A DNA stretch of 64,000 nt from positions 36,892,001-36,956,000 of the forward strand of contig NC_086108.1 in assembly GCF_963921235.1 (NCBI RefSeq), in the 5' to 3' direction. Both the position numbers and the translations under genes were made by a program. This DNA comes from Mobula hypostoma. Taxonomy: Eukaryota. This document shows positions 10,929-23,145 of the stretch, one piece after another. Under the pieces are notes generated by a model. It was not told the origin of the DNA and made no database searches. It saw only the letters and a program-made list of their open reading frames with translations. How positions within the stretch are numbered: the first letter of the stretch is position 1; the number at the start of each line of letters is the position of its first letter.

Positions 10929-11820
10929 CTCAGTCTGCAACCTTCACCACAAAGCCATCAATTCCATTATCCAAATCATTGACAAACAATGTGAAAAGTA
11001 GCGGTCCTAATACTGACCCCTGAGGAAAACCACAAGTCACTGGCAGCTAACCAGAAAAGGACACTTTTATTCCCACGTTGCCTCCTGTCTGCCAGCCATC
11101 CCTCTATCCATGACAGTATCTTTCCTGTAATGCCATGGGATTTTATCTTGTTAACCAGTCTCATCTGTGGCACCTTATCAAATGCCTTCTGAAAATCCAA
11201 GTAAATGATATCCATTGCTTCTCCTTTGTCCACCCTGCTTGTAACTTCCTCGAAGAACTCTAAAAGATTTGTTAGGCAAGACTTCCCTTCACAGAGACCA
11301 TGCTGACTTTGACTTATTTTATCATTAGTCTCCAAGTACCCCAAAACCTCATCCTTAATAATGGACTGCAACACTTTCCCAACCACTGAGGTCAGGCTAA
11401 CTGGTCTATAATTTCCTTTCTTTTGCGTTCCTCCCTTCTTTAAGAGTGGAATGACATTTTCAATTTTCCAGTCCTCCGGAACCATGCCAGAATTAGGTGA
11501 TTCTTGAAAGATCATTACCAATACATCTGCTGTCTCTTCAGCAACCTCTTTCAGGACTCTGAGATGTAGTCTGTTTGGTCCAGGTGACTTATATACCTTA
11601 AGACCTTTCAGTCTGCCTAGGACTTTTTCCATTTGTAATAGCAATGGCACTCACTCCTGCTCCCTGACACATACGGACCTCTGGCACACTGCCAGTGTCT
11701 TGAGCGGTGAAGACTAATGCCATGTACTTATTTAGTCCATCTGCCATTTGTTTTTCCCCCATTACTACCTCACCAGTATCAACTCTCACCTCCCTTTTAC
11801 ACTTTCTATAACCTAAAAAA
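10929..11820 (-). mobile_element. CR1 LINE RT fragment
   Basis: ORF 10976-11650: KSPGP, VPEDWK, GNYRPVSLTSVVGK, KSCLTNL, YLDFQKAFD. Confidence 0.9.
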
Positions 11821-11825
11821 AAAGG

Positions 11826-12810
11826 AGGCTGCACCAGGAATACTGAATACAATAAACAATCATGATGGATTCATGCGTGAAGTGCTGCCTCACCTGGAAG
11901 GACAGTTGAGGTCCCTGAATCGTTGTGAAGGATGAGGTGTAAGGGCAGGTGTAGCATTTATCATGGTTCTAGGGATAAGTACCTAGAGGAGTATGAGGGG
12001 TGATTGATAAGTTCGTGGCCTAGGGTAGAAAGAGTCAATTTTGGAAAACCTAGCACATATAATTTTTCAACATAGTCTCCTCCTACATTTACACACTTAG
12101 TCCAGCGGTCCTGGAGCATATGGATCTTGGACCTCCAGAAAGTGTCCACAGCAGGGGTGATTGATAAGTTCGTGGCCTAAGGTAGAAGGAGATGAGTTAT
12201 ACAGCTCTCGTTACATGCACATGCTGTTCAACTCTTTGAGTGATTATGCAGAAAGTTTGAAGTTAATCACTCATCAGGGGTGATTGGTAAGTTTGTGGCC
12301 CAAGGTAGAAGGAGATAAATTATTAACTTCAAACTTTCTGCATAACCACTCAAAGAGTTGAACTGCATGTGCATGTAATGAGAGCCGTATAACATCTCCT
12401 TCTACCTTAGGCCACGAACTTATCGATCACCCCTCCTATCGGTGAGAAGAGCGACCGGACAAGGGAATCACAGAGAGAGTGACCTGTGGGGAAAACAGAG
12501 AGGAGAGGGGAATGTGTCACTGGTGGTGGAATCCTGTTAGAGATGGTGGAAGCTATGGAGAATGATATGTTGGATGTGGGGAGGTTGTTGAGGTCAAGGG
12601 GAATTCTACCCTTGCTACGTTAGGCAGATGGGGTGAGGGCAGCTATGCAGGAAATGGAGATGTGGGTGAGGCCTGTATTGATAGCGGTAGAGGGGAATCC
12701 TCATTTCCTAAAAAAAAGAGGATATTTTGTTGCTCTGCTGAAGGATCTTTGAGTTTTTTTCTGTACAGATGCTACCTGACTGGTATTTTTCAGCATTTAC
12801 TATATTTTTT
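11826..12810 (-). mobile_element. Old PLE remnant (minus-strand body plus a short plus-strand 3'-end copy at 12730-12810), split by a mariner MITE
   Basis: Reverse-complement similarity to 4110-4600 (GAAGTGCTGCCTCACCTGGAAGGAC, AAGGGCAGGTGTAGCA). Degenerate CTGCTGAAGG...AGATGCTACCTGAC on the plus strand. Confidence 0.65.
11994..12436 (-). mobile_element. Mariner-derived MITE with nested TIR copies
   Basis: TA flanks at 11992-3 and 12437-8. TIR GAGGGGTGATTGATAAGTTCGTGGCCTAAGGTAGAAG. Minus-strand remnant RWTKCVNVGGDYVEK matches a mariner transposase C-terminus. Confidence 0.85.
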
Positions 12811-13623
12811 GATTTATTGTCTTCTTGAGGCCTATTAATGACACATAGGAAATGCTAGCTTTGATTCAAAACTTATATCTAAACCTGAAAATAAAAATGC
12901 TGATTTATAAGAGTGAATCAATTTTTGAAAATCAGTGTAAAAATAATCAGTAATTTATCTGTTCAAATTAATAAATAGCTACTATAATACGAATTTTATG
13001 AACCACATCAGAATGGCATTTTATTGGAAGTTGCTGCTTCCAACCAAATATTTTAGGATCATTTATTAGCTTCTGGGCTGGTTCAGTGGCTTCTCATTGC
13101 TGACACATATTCCCTTGATTAGCAAACCTTTGAATTTGAACCATGACTATTTGAGGGAGGGAGAAAATTATTGCACAGCTTTTCAAAAAAGAAAAACCAC
13201 AATAAATGGTCAACTGTAACATCCTAACCTATCAGAATAGTTTCTCAGATGATGATTGAAGAATTGCTTTTAATCTTTGGCTACTACACTGAGCAATTGA
13301 AAGGTAATCTCAGGCTTGACCTTATCAAGTCAAGGCTACCACAAGTCAAATAAGAAAAGTGCTTCTTACCCTGGTCGCTGTTAATGATTAAGGGATGGTC
13401 ACACAAGTCAAGCTCACAGCATTCATCTCTCATTTCAGCCTGTTGTTCTAATAATTCATCTCCTGTCAAGAATTTAAAGACTACGTTAGAACATTTCACC
13501 TTAAAGAACAAATCTGCACCATACAAGAAATCTCTGGCAACATTTCAGATTTTATTCTTTTAGTTTTAGTACATTAATTAATGAGATTCAGTTCAGTATA
13601 TTAAGTAATGAGTATACAAGATG

Positions 13624-16121
13624 TAGTGCCCATCACCACCCACCCCTCCCCCAGCTTTGGAAGTTTTCATGTTTTATTATTTTACAACATTGAATCACAA
13701 TGGATTTAATTTGGCTTTTTTGACACTGATGAACAGGAAAACACTCTTCCGTGTCAAAGTAATAACAGATCTCTACATCGTGGTCTCAATTAATTACAAA
13801 GATAAAACAGAAAATAATTGATTGCATAGACATTCACCCCCTTCAAGTCAGTATTTAGTAGATGCACCTTTGGCAGCAATTGTAGCCTTGAATCGGTGTG
13901 GATATGTCTCTATCAGCTTTGCAGATCTGGACACTGCAATTTTTCCTCATTCTTCTCTACAAAACTGCTCAAGCTCTGTCAGATTGCATGGGATCATGAG
14001 TGAATAGCCCTTTTCAAGTCCAGCCACAAATTCTCAATTGGATTGAGGTCTGAACTCTGACTTGGTCATTCCAGGACATTATCTTTGTTATTTTTAATCC
14101 ATTCCTGTGTAGCTTTGTTTTTATGCTTGGGATCATTGTCTTGCTGGAAAACAAATCTTCTCCCAAGTCACAGTTTTTTGCAGACTGCATTAGGTTTTCC
14201 TCCAGGATTTTCCTATATTTTGCTGCATTCATTTTACCCTCTACCTTCACAAGTCTTCCAGGGCCTACTGCAGTGAAGCATCCCCACAACATGATGCAGC
14301 CACCACCATACTTCATGGTAGGGATGGTGTGATTTTGATGTGTGGTGTTCAGCTTATGCCAAACATAGCATTTAGCCTGATGACCAAAAAGCTCAATTTT
14401 GGTTTCATCAGACCATAGAACCTTCTACCATCTGACTCCAGAGATTCCTATATGCCTTCTGGCAAACTCTAACTGAGATTTCATGTGAGTTTTTTCAACA
14501 GTAGTTTTCTCTTTGCTATTTCCCCATAAATTTGTGACTGATGAAGTACCTGAGTAACAGTTGTTGTATGTGCAGTATCCCCAGTCTCAGCCACTTGTAG
14601 CTTGTAGCTTCTTCAGAGCTGTCATAGGGCTCTTGGTGGCCTCCCTCACTAGTCCTTTACTTGTACGGTCACTCAGTTTTTGAGGATGGTCTGCTGTGGG
14701 CAGATTGAGGCTGAACTCCTGCCTCAGCAAAACCGATGGCGATTTGCCTATTGCTACAATAGGTCAACAGCAGATGCAATCTCCATGGCGCTTCACACAG
14801 CCTTAGACCACCTGGACAACACAAACAACTATCTCGGGATGCTGTTCATTGACTATAGCTCAGCATTTAATACCATCATTCCCATAATCCTGATTGAGAA
14901 ATTACAGAGCCTGGGCCTCTGTACCTCCTCCTGCAATTGGATCCTCAATTTTCTAACTGGAAGACTACAATCTGTGCGGATTGGTGATAACATCTCCACC
15001 TCGCTAACAATCACACTGGTGCACCTCAGGGGTGTGTGATTAGCCCACTGCTTTACTCTCTCTATACCCATGACTGTGTGGCTAGGCATTGCTCAAATAC
15101 CATCCATAAATTTGCTGATGATACAACCATTGTTGGTAAAATCTCAGGTAGTGACGAGCGGGGGTACAGGAGTGAGATATGCCAACTAGTGGAGTGGTGT
15201 CGCAGCAACAACCTGGCACTCAACGTCAGTAGGATGAAAGAGCTGATCGTGGACTTCAGGAAGGGTAAGATGAAGGCACACACTCATGATTCAGGAACAG
15301 CTTTTTCTCCTCTGCCATCCGATTCCTAAATGGACATTGAACCCTTGAACACCACCTCACTTTTTAAAATATATATTATTTCTGTTTTTTGCATGATTTT
15401 TAATCTATTCAATATACATATACTATAACTGATTTACTTATTTATTATTATTATTACTTTATTTTTTTCTTCTTTATTATGTATTGCATTGAATTGCTAC
15501 TGCTAAGATAACAAATTTCATGACACATGCCAGTGATAATAAAGCTGATTCTGATTCTGAGTCTGATTCTGATTTACAGCTGAACCATATTCTTTCCATT
15601 TCCTGATGCTTGACTTAAGTGATTGACTCAAGAGATTTTCAGAGACTTGGAAATTTTCTTGTATCCATCTTCTGACTTGTGTTTTTCAATAACCTTTTCA
15701 CGAAGTTGCTTGGAGTGTTCTTTTGTCTTCATGTTGTAGTTTTTGCCAGGATACTGACTCACCAACAGTTGGACCTTCAGATATGGGTGTATTTTAACAA
15801 TAATCAATTGACTCACCTTGACTGTACACAGTGATCTCCATTTAACTAATTATGTGACTTGTAAAACCAATTGGCCGCACCAGTGATGATTTGGTCTGTC
15901 ATATTAAAGGGGGTGAATAGTTATAGAATCAATTATTTTGTGTTTTTTATTTGTAATTAATTTAGATCACGTTGCAGAAATTTGTTTTCACTTTGACACG
16001 AAGGAGTATTTTTCTGTTGATCAGTGACAAAAAAAGCCAGATTAAATCCATTGTGATTCAATGTTGTAAAACAATAAAACATGAAAACTTCCAAGGGAGG
16101 TGAATATTTTTATAGACATTG
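13624..16121 (-). mobile_element. Tc1-like IR/DR DNA transposon, decayed, interrupted by Rex1
   Basis: About 215-bp inverted repeats (13624-13843 and 15908-16121) with inner and outer ATTCACCCCC-type DRs, TA at 16122. Transposase pieces MKTKEHSKQLREKV...GYKKISKSL and KYGGGCIMLWGCF...MNAAKY. Confidence 0.9.
14707..15574 (+). mobile_element. Rex1/Babar LINE fragment (internally deleted) inside the Tc1
   Basis: [45 protein letters not shown]. Ends AATAAA plus (GATTCT)n. GATT is shared at both junctions. Confidence 0.85.
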
Positions 16122-17169
16122 TACTTTGGCTCCATGTGGTTACTGCTCTGTGGTTTATTTGAGAGGAGGTACACTTTATTATGGGTGTTAACTGGACCAC
16201 CAGCTTCGCTTCTGCTTAGGATACCATGCTGTGGAGAGGTGAATTAAGTGTCAGACTCGGAGCTTAAATTTGTATGCACAGTAGTGTATGGCTTAAACAC
16301 TTAAAAAATAAATCAGCTACATGGGATTTTACTTTTCTAGACCTTTTTTTGGCTGCTGTGGTTTCTTGTCTCTTTACTGTTGTTCTCAATGATAATATTT
16401 AAGGAGATTGATCTTAGTAAAACTAAATTGTTTAGCATATTTTATACATACTTTCAATTCTGCAGTTGTAGAGAGACTACTTTTATTTTGACAAGGTCTT
16501 ACTTCCAAGTGTTAGGCTTTTCTTCGGCACATCAGATGGGAGTACAACCACATCAAGGTCTGCTGTCTTCTTTGTTTTACACTAATGGAATCTGACAGCA
16601 TGAGAACTATTTGGAGAAATCAAACGGAGGTACCAAGAGGCATGTCAATGCACACTGCATCATTTCTGCTTCAGCACCTGAGTTCAAACCTCTCTGCAGA
16701 GTGAATAGAGTCACAGGTGATGAGGCTTCACTGAAGAAAGTCCCATCAGTGGGAAATGTGATGTTTCAAGCTTGATTGCAGTTATATAAGGAATCTCAAG
16801 AGTTATAGTTTCTTGTTATCCTGGAGCACAAAACTTAAGAGAAAGCGCTCCATGACATGGTATTCATGAAAATAATTGCAACATTTATTTTCATGATGTG
16901 GATTTGTTTGGACTGGCAAATTAGTTGCAAAATGGCATACTTGCATACCTATGCAAGAATTGTTGCTTTGTCCACCAACAGATGTTGTGTAGGTGAAGAC
17001 TTTAACTAGTGCACTTCTAATACAAACTGGGTAGAAAAGAGCGATCTTGATAACAACCAGTGTCCTGCAATGATTCGATACTGATTTGATACAGGTTAAG
17101 ATCACACACTCTGACTAACCCCATTTATAACCTTGTGTAACTGATCCACAACAATCTCAAACAATAACG

Positions 17170-17962
17170 AGGTGTCCTAGAGGGAAGAAATAATCTCTCT
17201 GACACAGTGGTGTCAAGAAAACAAACTCTTCCTCAATGTCGCGAAAACAAAGGAGTGGGATGTGGATTACAGGAGGAATGGAGGTGGGCTAACCCCTACT
17301 GACATCAATGGATCTGGAGTCGAGAGGGTGAACAGCTTTAATTTCCTCGGTCATCACCGAGGACCTCACGTGGTCTGTACACATTAGCTACGTGGTGAAA
17401 AAGGCATAACAGCACTTCTTTCACCTCAGACGGTCAAGGAAGTTTGGTATGGGCCCTCAAATCCTAAGAACTTTCTACAAAAGCACAATTGAAAGCATCT
17501 TGACTGGCTGCATCACTGCCTAGTATGGGAACTGTATCTCCCTTAATTGCAGGATTCTGCAGAGACTTGTGCGGACAACCCAGTGCATCTGTAGTTGTGA
17601 ACTTCCCATGATTCAGGACATTTACAGAGACAGTTGAGTAAAAAGGACCCGAAGGATCATTGGGGACCTGAGTCACCCCAACCACAATCTATTCCAGCAG
17701 CTACCATCTGGGAAACGGTACCGCAGCATAAAAGCCAGGACCAACAGACTCTGGGATAACTTCTTCCACCAGGCCATCAGACTGATTAACTCACACTGAT
17801 CTGAGTACATTCCTATGGGTTACATTGACTGTTCTGTTTATTATAAATTATTATAAATTACTATGATTGCACATTGCACATTTAGACGGAGACGTAACGT
17901 AAAGATTTTTACTCCTCATGTATGTGAAAGATGTAAGAAATAAAGTCAATTCAATTCAATTC
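17170..17962 (+). mobile_element. Rex1/Babar LINE 3' fragment
   Basis: WCQENKLFLNV..TKE, FYKSTIESILTGCITA. Ends AATAAAGT(CAATT)n. Confidence 0.8.
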
Positions 17963-17984
17963 ACAGTGTATATGTGATCAGCAC

Positions 17985-18260
17985 CAGGAAAAGTGGTTAG
18001 CACAGTGCTATTAAAGCTTGGAGCAGTGGAGTTCAGAGTTCTGTCCCAACATTGACTGTAAGGGGTTTGAACATTCTCACCATGAATGTGTGGGTTTCCT
18101 CCAGGTGCTCTGGTTTCCTCCCACAGTCCAAAGGTGTACCAGTTAGGTTAATTGGTCATTACAGATTATCCTGTGATTATGCTAGGTTTAGCATTGGTGC
18201 TGAATGGTGCAGCTCGTTGTGTCAGAAGGCTTGCTCCATGCTGCACCTCTAAATAAATCA
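17985..18260 (+). mobile_element. tRNA-derived V-SINE (HE1-like)
   Basis: Central V-domain GTGTGGGTTTCCTCCAGGTGCTCTGGTTTCCTCCCACAGTCCAAAG, A-box-like GTGGTTAG head, AAATAAA end. Confidence 0.7.
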
Positions 18261-18629
18261 ATTTAAAAAGATTATAATCTATTTCCGTAATGTTTGCTGA
18301 TCATTGTACAAAATATATGGGCTGTGAGACTTCTTTAATGTTGCTAATGTCCTGAGTGTGTGACGAGAGGCCTAGGCGAAGATGGTTATGGCCAGACTGC
18401 TGGAGTATCTGAGACTAGAATTGAAACACGAATCGAGACTGAAACGATGACAGGGTCCTAAACTAGACACTAGATGAGGATCCAAAGTTGAGCTGATGAT
18501 TGAGCACTGAACCTCAGTTCAGGTTCTCTTTAAATATTAAATCCTGGTGCCACAAAAAAGTGGCCACAAAATAGTGGGGCGGGCCTGAAAATTTAAAGGG
18601 ACCTCATCACCTATCCATATTCTGGAATA

Positions 18630-19372
18630 TCAATATTTGATTGGAAAAGAATACTGGCAGAGATTACGACAGGACAAAAATGGCTGGAAATTCTGGAAAC
18701 AATTTGAAGGCACAGGATATATACATCCCAAAGAGGAGGAAGGACTTTAAAAGCAAAATGATACAATCATGGCTAACAGGGGAATTCAAAGCCAACATAA
18801 AAGCCAAAGAGGGGGAAAAAAACTAGTGGGACGTAGAAAACTTAGCAAAAGTAGTAATCAGACCACTGGAAAACAAGGCTGGAGAGGTAGTAATGGGGGA
18901 CAACAATATGTTGGATGAACTGAATATGTATATTTGCATCAGTCTTCACTGTTGAACACCCTAGCAGTATGGTGGAAGCTCCAGGTGTCAGGGGTCATGA
19001 AGTGTCTGTAGTTACCATCACTAGAGATAAGGTTCTTGAGAAACTGAATGGTCTGAAGGTAGATAAGTCTCCTGTACCAGGTGGTGAACACCCAGGATTC
19101 TGAAAGAGGTGGCTGAGAGATTGTGGAGGCATCAGCAATGATCTTTCAAGAATCAGTAGACTCTGGAGGGTTCCAGAATACTGGAAAATTGCAAATGTCA
19201 CTCCACTCTTCAAGAAGTGAGAGAGGCAGAAGAAAGGAAATTATAGGACAGTCAGCCTGACCTCAGTGGTTAGGAAGATGTTGGAGCTGATTGTTAAGGA
19301 TATGGTTTCAGAGGCACATGATAAAATAGACCATATTCAGCATAGTTTTCTCAAGAGGAAACCTTTCCTGAC
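18630..19372 (+). mobile_element. CR1 fragment replacing part of the Gypsy 3' LTR
   Basis: GLKVDKSP, WKIANVTPLFKK, GNYRTVSLTSVVRK motifs. Confidence 0.75.
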
Positions 19373-20725
19373 ATGTATTGTCAGACCTCCCTCACCATTC
19401 CAGGCTACTAGGATCTTCTCTTAACAAACTTGAGGATCCTGGCAATCCCTGGGTGAGCAGTCATTCTTGATGCATGTCCCCAATGAAGTATTTGAGACTG
19501 GTCAGAAATTGTGACGAACAGATAGCCTGGAGGACCACTCCTGGGAATCTCACCTTGCACCTGGGCCTTGCAAATGAGTGTGTCAATTCCCTAAAGAATT
19601 TGCAGTATCACCTTAGCCCGGGACAAAATGGTGGTAGACTGCTCCTATCTTTTGGGTTTGTTGCGCTGACGAGACGAGGTATCTGGTTTCTGCTTCTTTG
19701 ATGCCAGTCAAGATGTCAGGACAAAATTGAAGCTGTTCAAGGACAGAGATCATCTGGCTTGCCTGGAATTCAGTCTCTTGGCCTCCTGAATATAAGGCAG
19801 GCTCTCTTGGTCTGTCCATACAATAAAAGGGGTCTTGGTCCCCTCAAGCCAGTGATGCCATTTCTCCAGAGCCAATGGATGTGAGCAGCTCTCTATTCCT
19901 GAAGTCATAGCCTGGGATAGCCACCTGGAGAAGACCATACACAGGTAGAGTTTCTGTCCGAAGGTGCCCAATGAGCCAACATTACACCCGGTCTGATGTC
20001 CAAGGCATCCACCTCCATGATGAAGGGAAAGTCTGGGTTAGGTGAAAACAAAATGGGAGTTGTTGTGAACCGCTGTTAGAGCTCTGTGAAAGCAACCTCT
20101 GCTTTGGTAGTCCAAACTAAAGGGCCCGTGGATCTCTTGGTTAGTGCTATCAGTGAGCCGCCACTGAGCTGAAGCTCCTGATGAACTTCCTGTAAAAGTT
20201 GGCAAATGCCAGGAATTGTTGGACTTGTTTCACATTGGATGGTTCTGGCCAGACTCTGACGCACCTTCATCAGATGGTCCGAGGCTTTGTTTGCTCTGGT
20301 GGGGTGATGGAACACCCTCCTCATGGTGGCCATGAATTCCACTGAATCCGAGCAAGTCTCCAACTTTCGCTCATAATGTGCGGGGGCCCAGGACAGGGCT
20401 CTCCCGGTCAGGAGAGAGGTCATGAAGGCCACCTTTATGTGCTCTGAAGGGAACCAGGCTGGCTGGAGTTCGAACACCAATGAACATTGAGTCAGGAAGC
20501 CACAACAAGAGCCCGAGTCACCATTGGGGTCTGAAGATGAACTGGCTCTGCTGAGCGACTGGCAGCCTCGCCGAGTGACTCTGGCTAACTCCTTGTGATA
20601 GCTGGCACACGATGACCTAGAGGCTGTGTACTCCAGGTTCTGTCTCAAAAATCTTTCGCTGTGGCAGGCCATGGCAGATGAGAAGTCCTGAAACCCCGCT
20701 GGGTGCGTGTTAGGCTCAATCATAC

Positions 20726-21045
20726 TGTGATGAAAGACCGAGGCAAGGATGGGTTGGACCCAAGTGCTGGAGTACCTGAGACTGGAATCGAGACATGAAT
20801 CAAGACTGAAACGGAGACAAGATTCTAAACTAGGCATTAGACGAGAATCCACAGTAGAGCTGATGATTGAGCACTGAACCTCTGTTCAGGTGCTCTTTAA
20901 ATATTAAAACCCTGGCACCAAAACATGGCTGCCAATTAGTGGGGCGGCACTGAATCCTTAAAGGAACTGTGCCAGCTATCCAAATTCTGGAGAGTTACAC
21001 CATTTAAACCCCTGAGGCTGTCACGGTAAGGTGCGTGTCGTAACA
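20726..21045 (-). repeat. 5' LTR of the Gypsy element
   Basis: TGTGA...TAACA. Aligns with 18359 onward (for example GAGCTGATGATTGAGCACTGAACCTC). Confidence 0.85.
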
Positions 21046-21960
21046 GAGTGACTTTTCCTGGCCTTAAAGCTTTTGCGTGACTTGAACAAAAGGCCAAGGA
21101 GTAGTGTAGGATGCTACAAAGGGAAGGAATGGGATAGGAAGGCTCCCAGTAGAAGCCCATATTCATCTCAATCTTTGGGGAGGAAGTACTCTATATGAAC
21201 ATCAGTAAGGAATTTGTGGTGAGTAGTGATGTCTTCTCTGCCCTGTACCATCCGCTCCATTCAGAGTACTAAACTACTGAGTGTACAGTTCAAAGATGAC
21301 ACATGAAGTGACAATCAGTACTATGAGGTTTTATGCATTGGGATACTTCCAGGCTAGTGCTGGAGGGCTATAAATTCATTTTATAAAGTGTGAGACCCAT
21401 TGCATTTATCTGCCTAGTCCTCACGCAATCCCAGAGAGTCTGTTTTGTGTGACTTCACCTGCTGGTGTGCTTCTAAACAACAATACCTTTCAGGTTTTCA
21501 GCAGGAATGATTGCTGATTCTACGTGGGAACTCGAAGTAATCTTAGCTTTTCAGTGGCATAGATTCAGATTGAATCTTCTTTGAATGAAGTCTGCCAGTT
21601 TTATTTGTTGACTGACAGACACTGAATCAAACAAAATGGAGTGGGTTCATGAGTGCTGCTCTACTAGAAGTGGATGAGCCGCTAAAGCTCCTCATATTTG
21701 CCCCTCTGCAATTCCTTTTCCTGCTGGAGGGAAGGTGGTTCGAACCTTGTGACACCCTTGAGGTCCTTTCGGATACAACAGCAATCTGTTGTGTTTGGAG
21801 GGCCGAAGTTAGAGGATATTCTCCTGAAGGAAATTATTGAACCTGAAGGATGTTTATCACTCATCAATCACTGCTAATGTAGTTGATGCTTTACTTTTCC
21901 TAATTCCAGATTATTAGTTCAATTTAAACTCCACAGCTCTCTTGGTAAGATTCAGATTTG

Positions 21961-23145
21961 ACCATTATCTTGACTATACCTCTTCCCATCTTGTCTCCTA
22001 TAAAATGCTGTTCCCTTTTCTCTGTTCCTTTGTCTCCACCAGATGTTCCCGGGATTGTGCTTTCCTTTCCAGGACATCAGAGATTTCCTCCTTCTTTAAA
22101 GAACAAGTTCCCTTCCTCCACCACAGGTGCTGCCCTCGGTCGCATCTCCTCTATTTTCTGTACATCCGCACTCACCCCATTTTCCTGCTGCCTTAACAGT
22201 GACAGAGTTCCTCTTATCCTTGCCTACCACCCCATGAGCCTCTGAATACAACATATTATCGTCTTCAGCCGTCTCCAAAGGAGTCCTACCACCTAACACA
22301 TCTTTACCTCCCCACCCCTCCAATTTCCAGAGGGATCAGTCCCTCCGGGATTCCCCTGTCCATTCATCCCTCCTCAATATTCTCCGTCTTGGCACTTACA
22401 CTTGCAAATGGCCGAAGTGGTACACCTGTCCATTCAGCCCCTCCCTCAGTTCCATTCAGGGCCTCAAATAGTCCTTCTGGTGAGGCAACACTTCATCTGT
22501 GAATCTGCTGGGGTCATCTAAGTTGTCCGGTGCTCCCAGTGCAGCCTCCTCTATATTGCTGAGACCCATCAAAAATTGGGGGACTGCTTCATTGAACAAC
22601 TCCGCTCCATCCACCGAAAGCAGAACTTCCCGGTGGCCAAACGTTTTAATTCTGATTCCTATTCCTGTTCCGACATGTTGTTCCATGACCTTCTCTTGTG
22701 CCAAGATGAGGCCACCCTAAGGGTGGAGGAGCAACACCTTATATTCCACCTGGGTAGCCTCCAATCTGATGGCATGAATATTGATTTTTCTTTCTGCTCC
22801 TATTTCCCACTCGGGTCACTTACCTTTTCTCACCTGCCTATACCCCTGTGTCTCTTCCTCCTTCCCTTTCTCCCATGGTCCACTCTCCTCTCTTATCAGA
22901 TTCCTTCCTCTCCAACCCTTTACCTTCCTTACCCATCTGGCTTCACCTATCACCTTCTAGCTATCCTCCTTCCCAACCCCCCAACTTTTTCTTCTGTCAT
23001 CTTCCCCCTTCCTTTCCAGTCCCGAAGCAGGATCTTGGCCGGAAATGTTGACTCTTCATTTCCACGGATGCTGCCTGACCTGCTGAGTTCCTCCAGCATT
23101 TGTGTGTGATGCTTTGGATTGCCAGCATCTGCAGACTTTCTCATG
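21961..23145 (+). mobile_element. Older PLE, 5'-truncated, non-inverted
   Basis: 10-bp TSD TTCAGATTTG (21951-21960 and 23146-23155). GIY-YIG C-terminus (EEQHLIFHLGSLQSDGMNIDF). Degenerate hammerhead at 23018-23053 and a full 3' tail. Confidence 0.85.

Larger units (their letters stand above)
18359..21045 (-). mobile_element. Gypsy (Sushi/chromovirus-like) LTR retrotransposon, internally deleted
   Basis: 5-bp TSD GAGTG at 18354-18358 and 21046-21050. Two diverged LTRs: 18359 to about 18630, and 20726-21045 (TG...CA). Gag GFLTQCSLVFELQP...KVAFMTSLLTGRALSWA; RNase H LEKWHHWLEG...VWTD...KRLNSRQAR. Confidence 0.88.

Noticed and set aside
19430..19600. Chromodomain at the end of Gypsy pol
   Set aside because: The position is plausible, but the sequence is too degenerate to support by eye.
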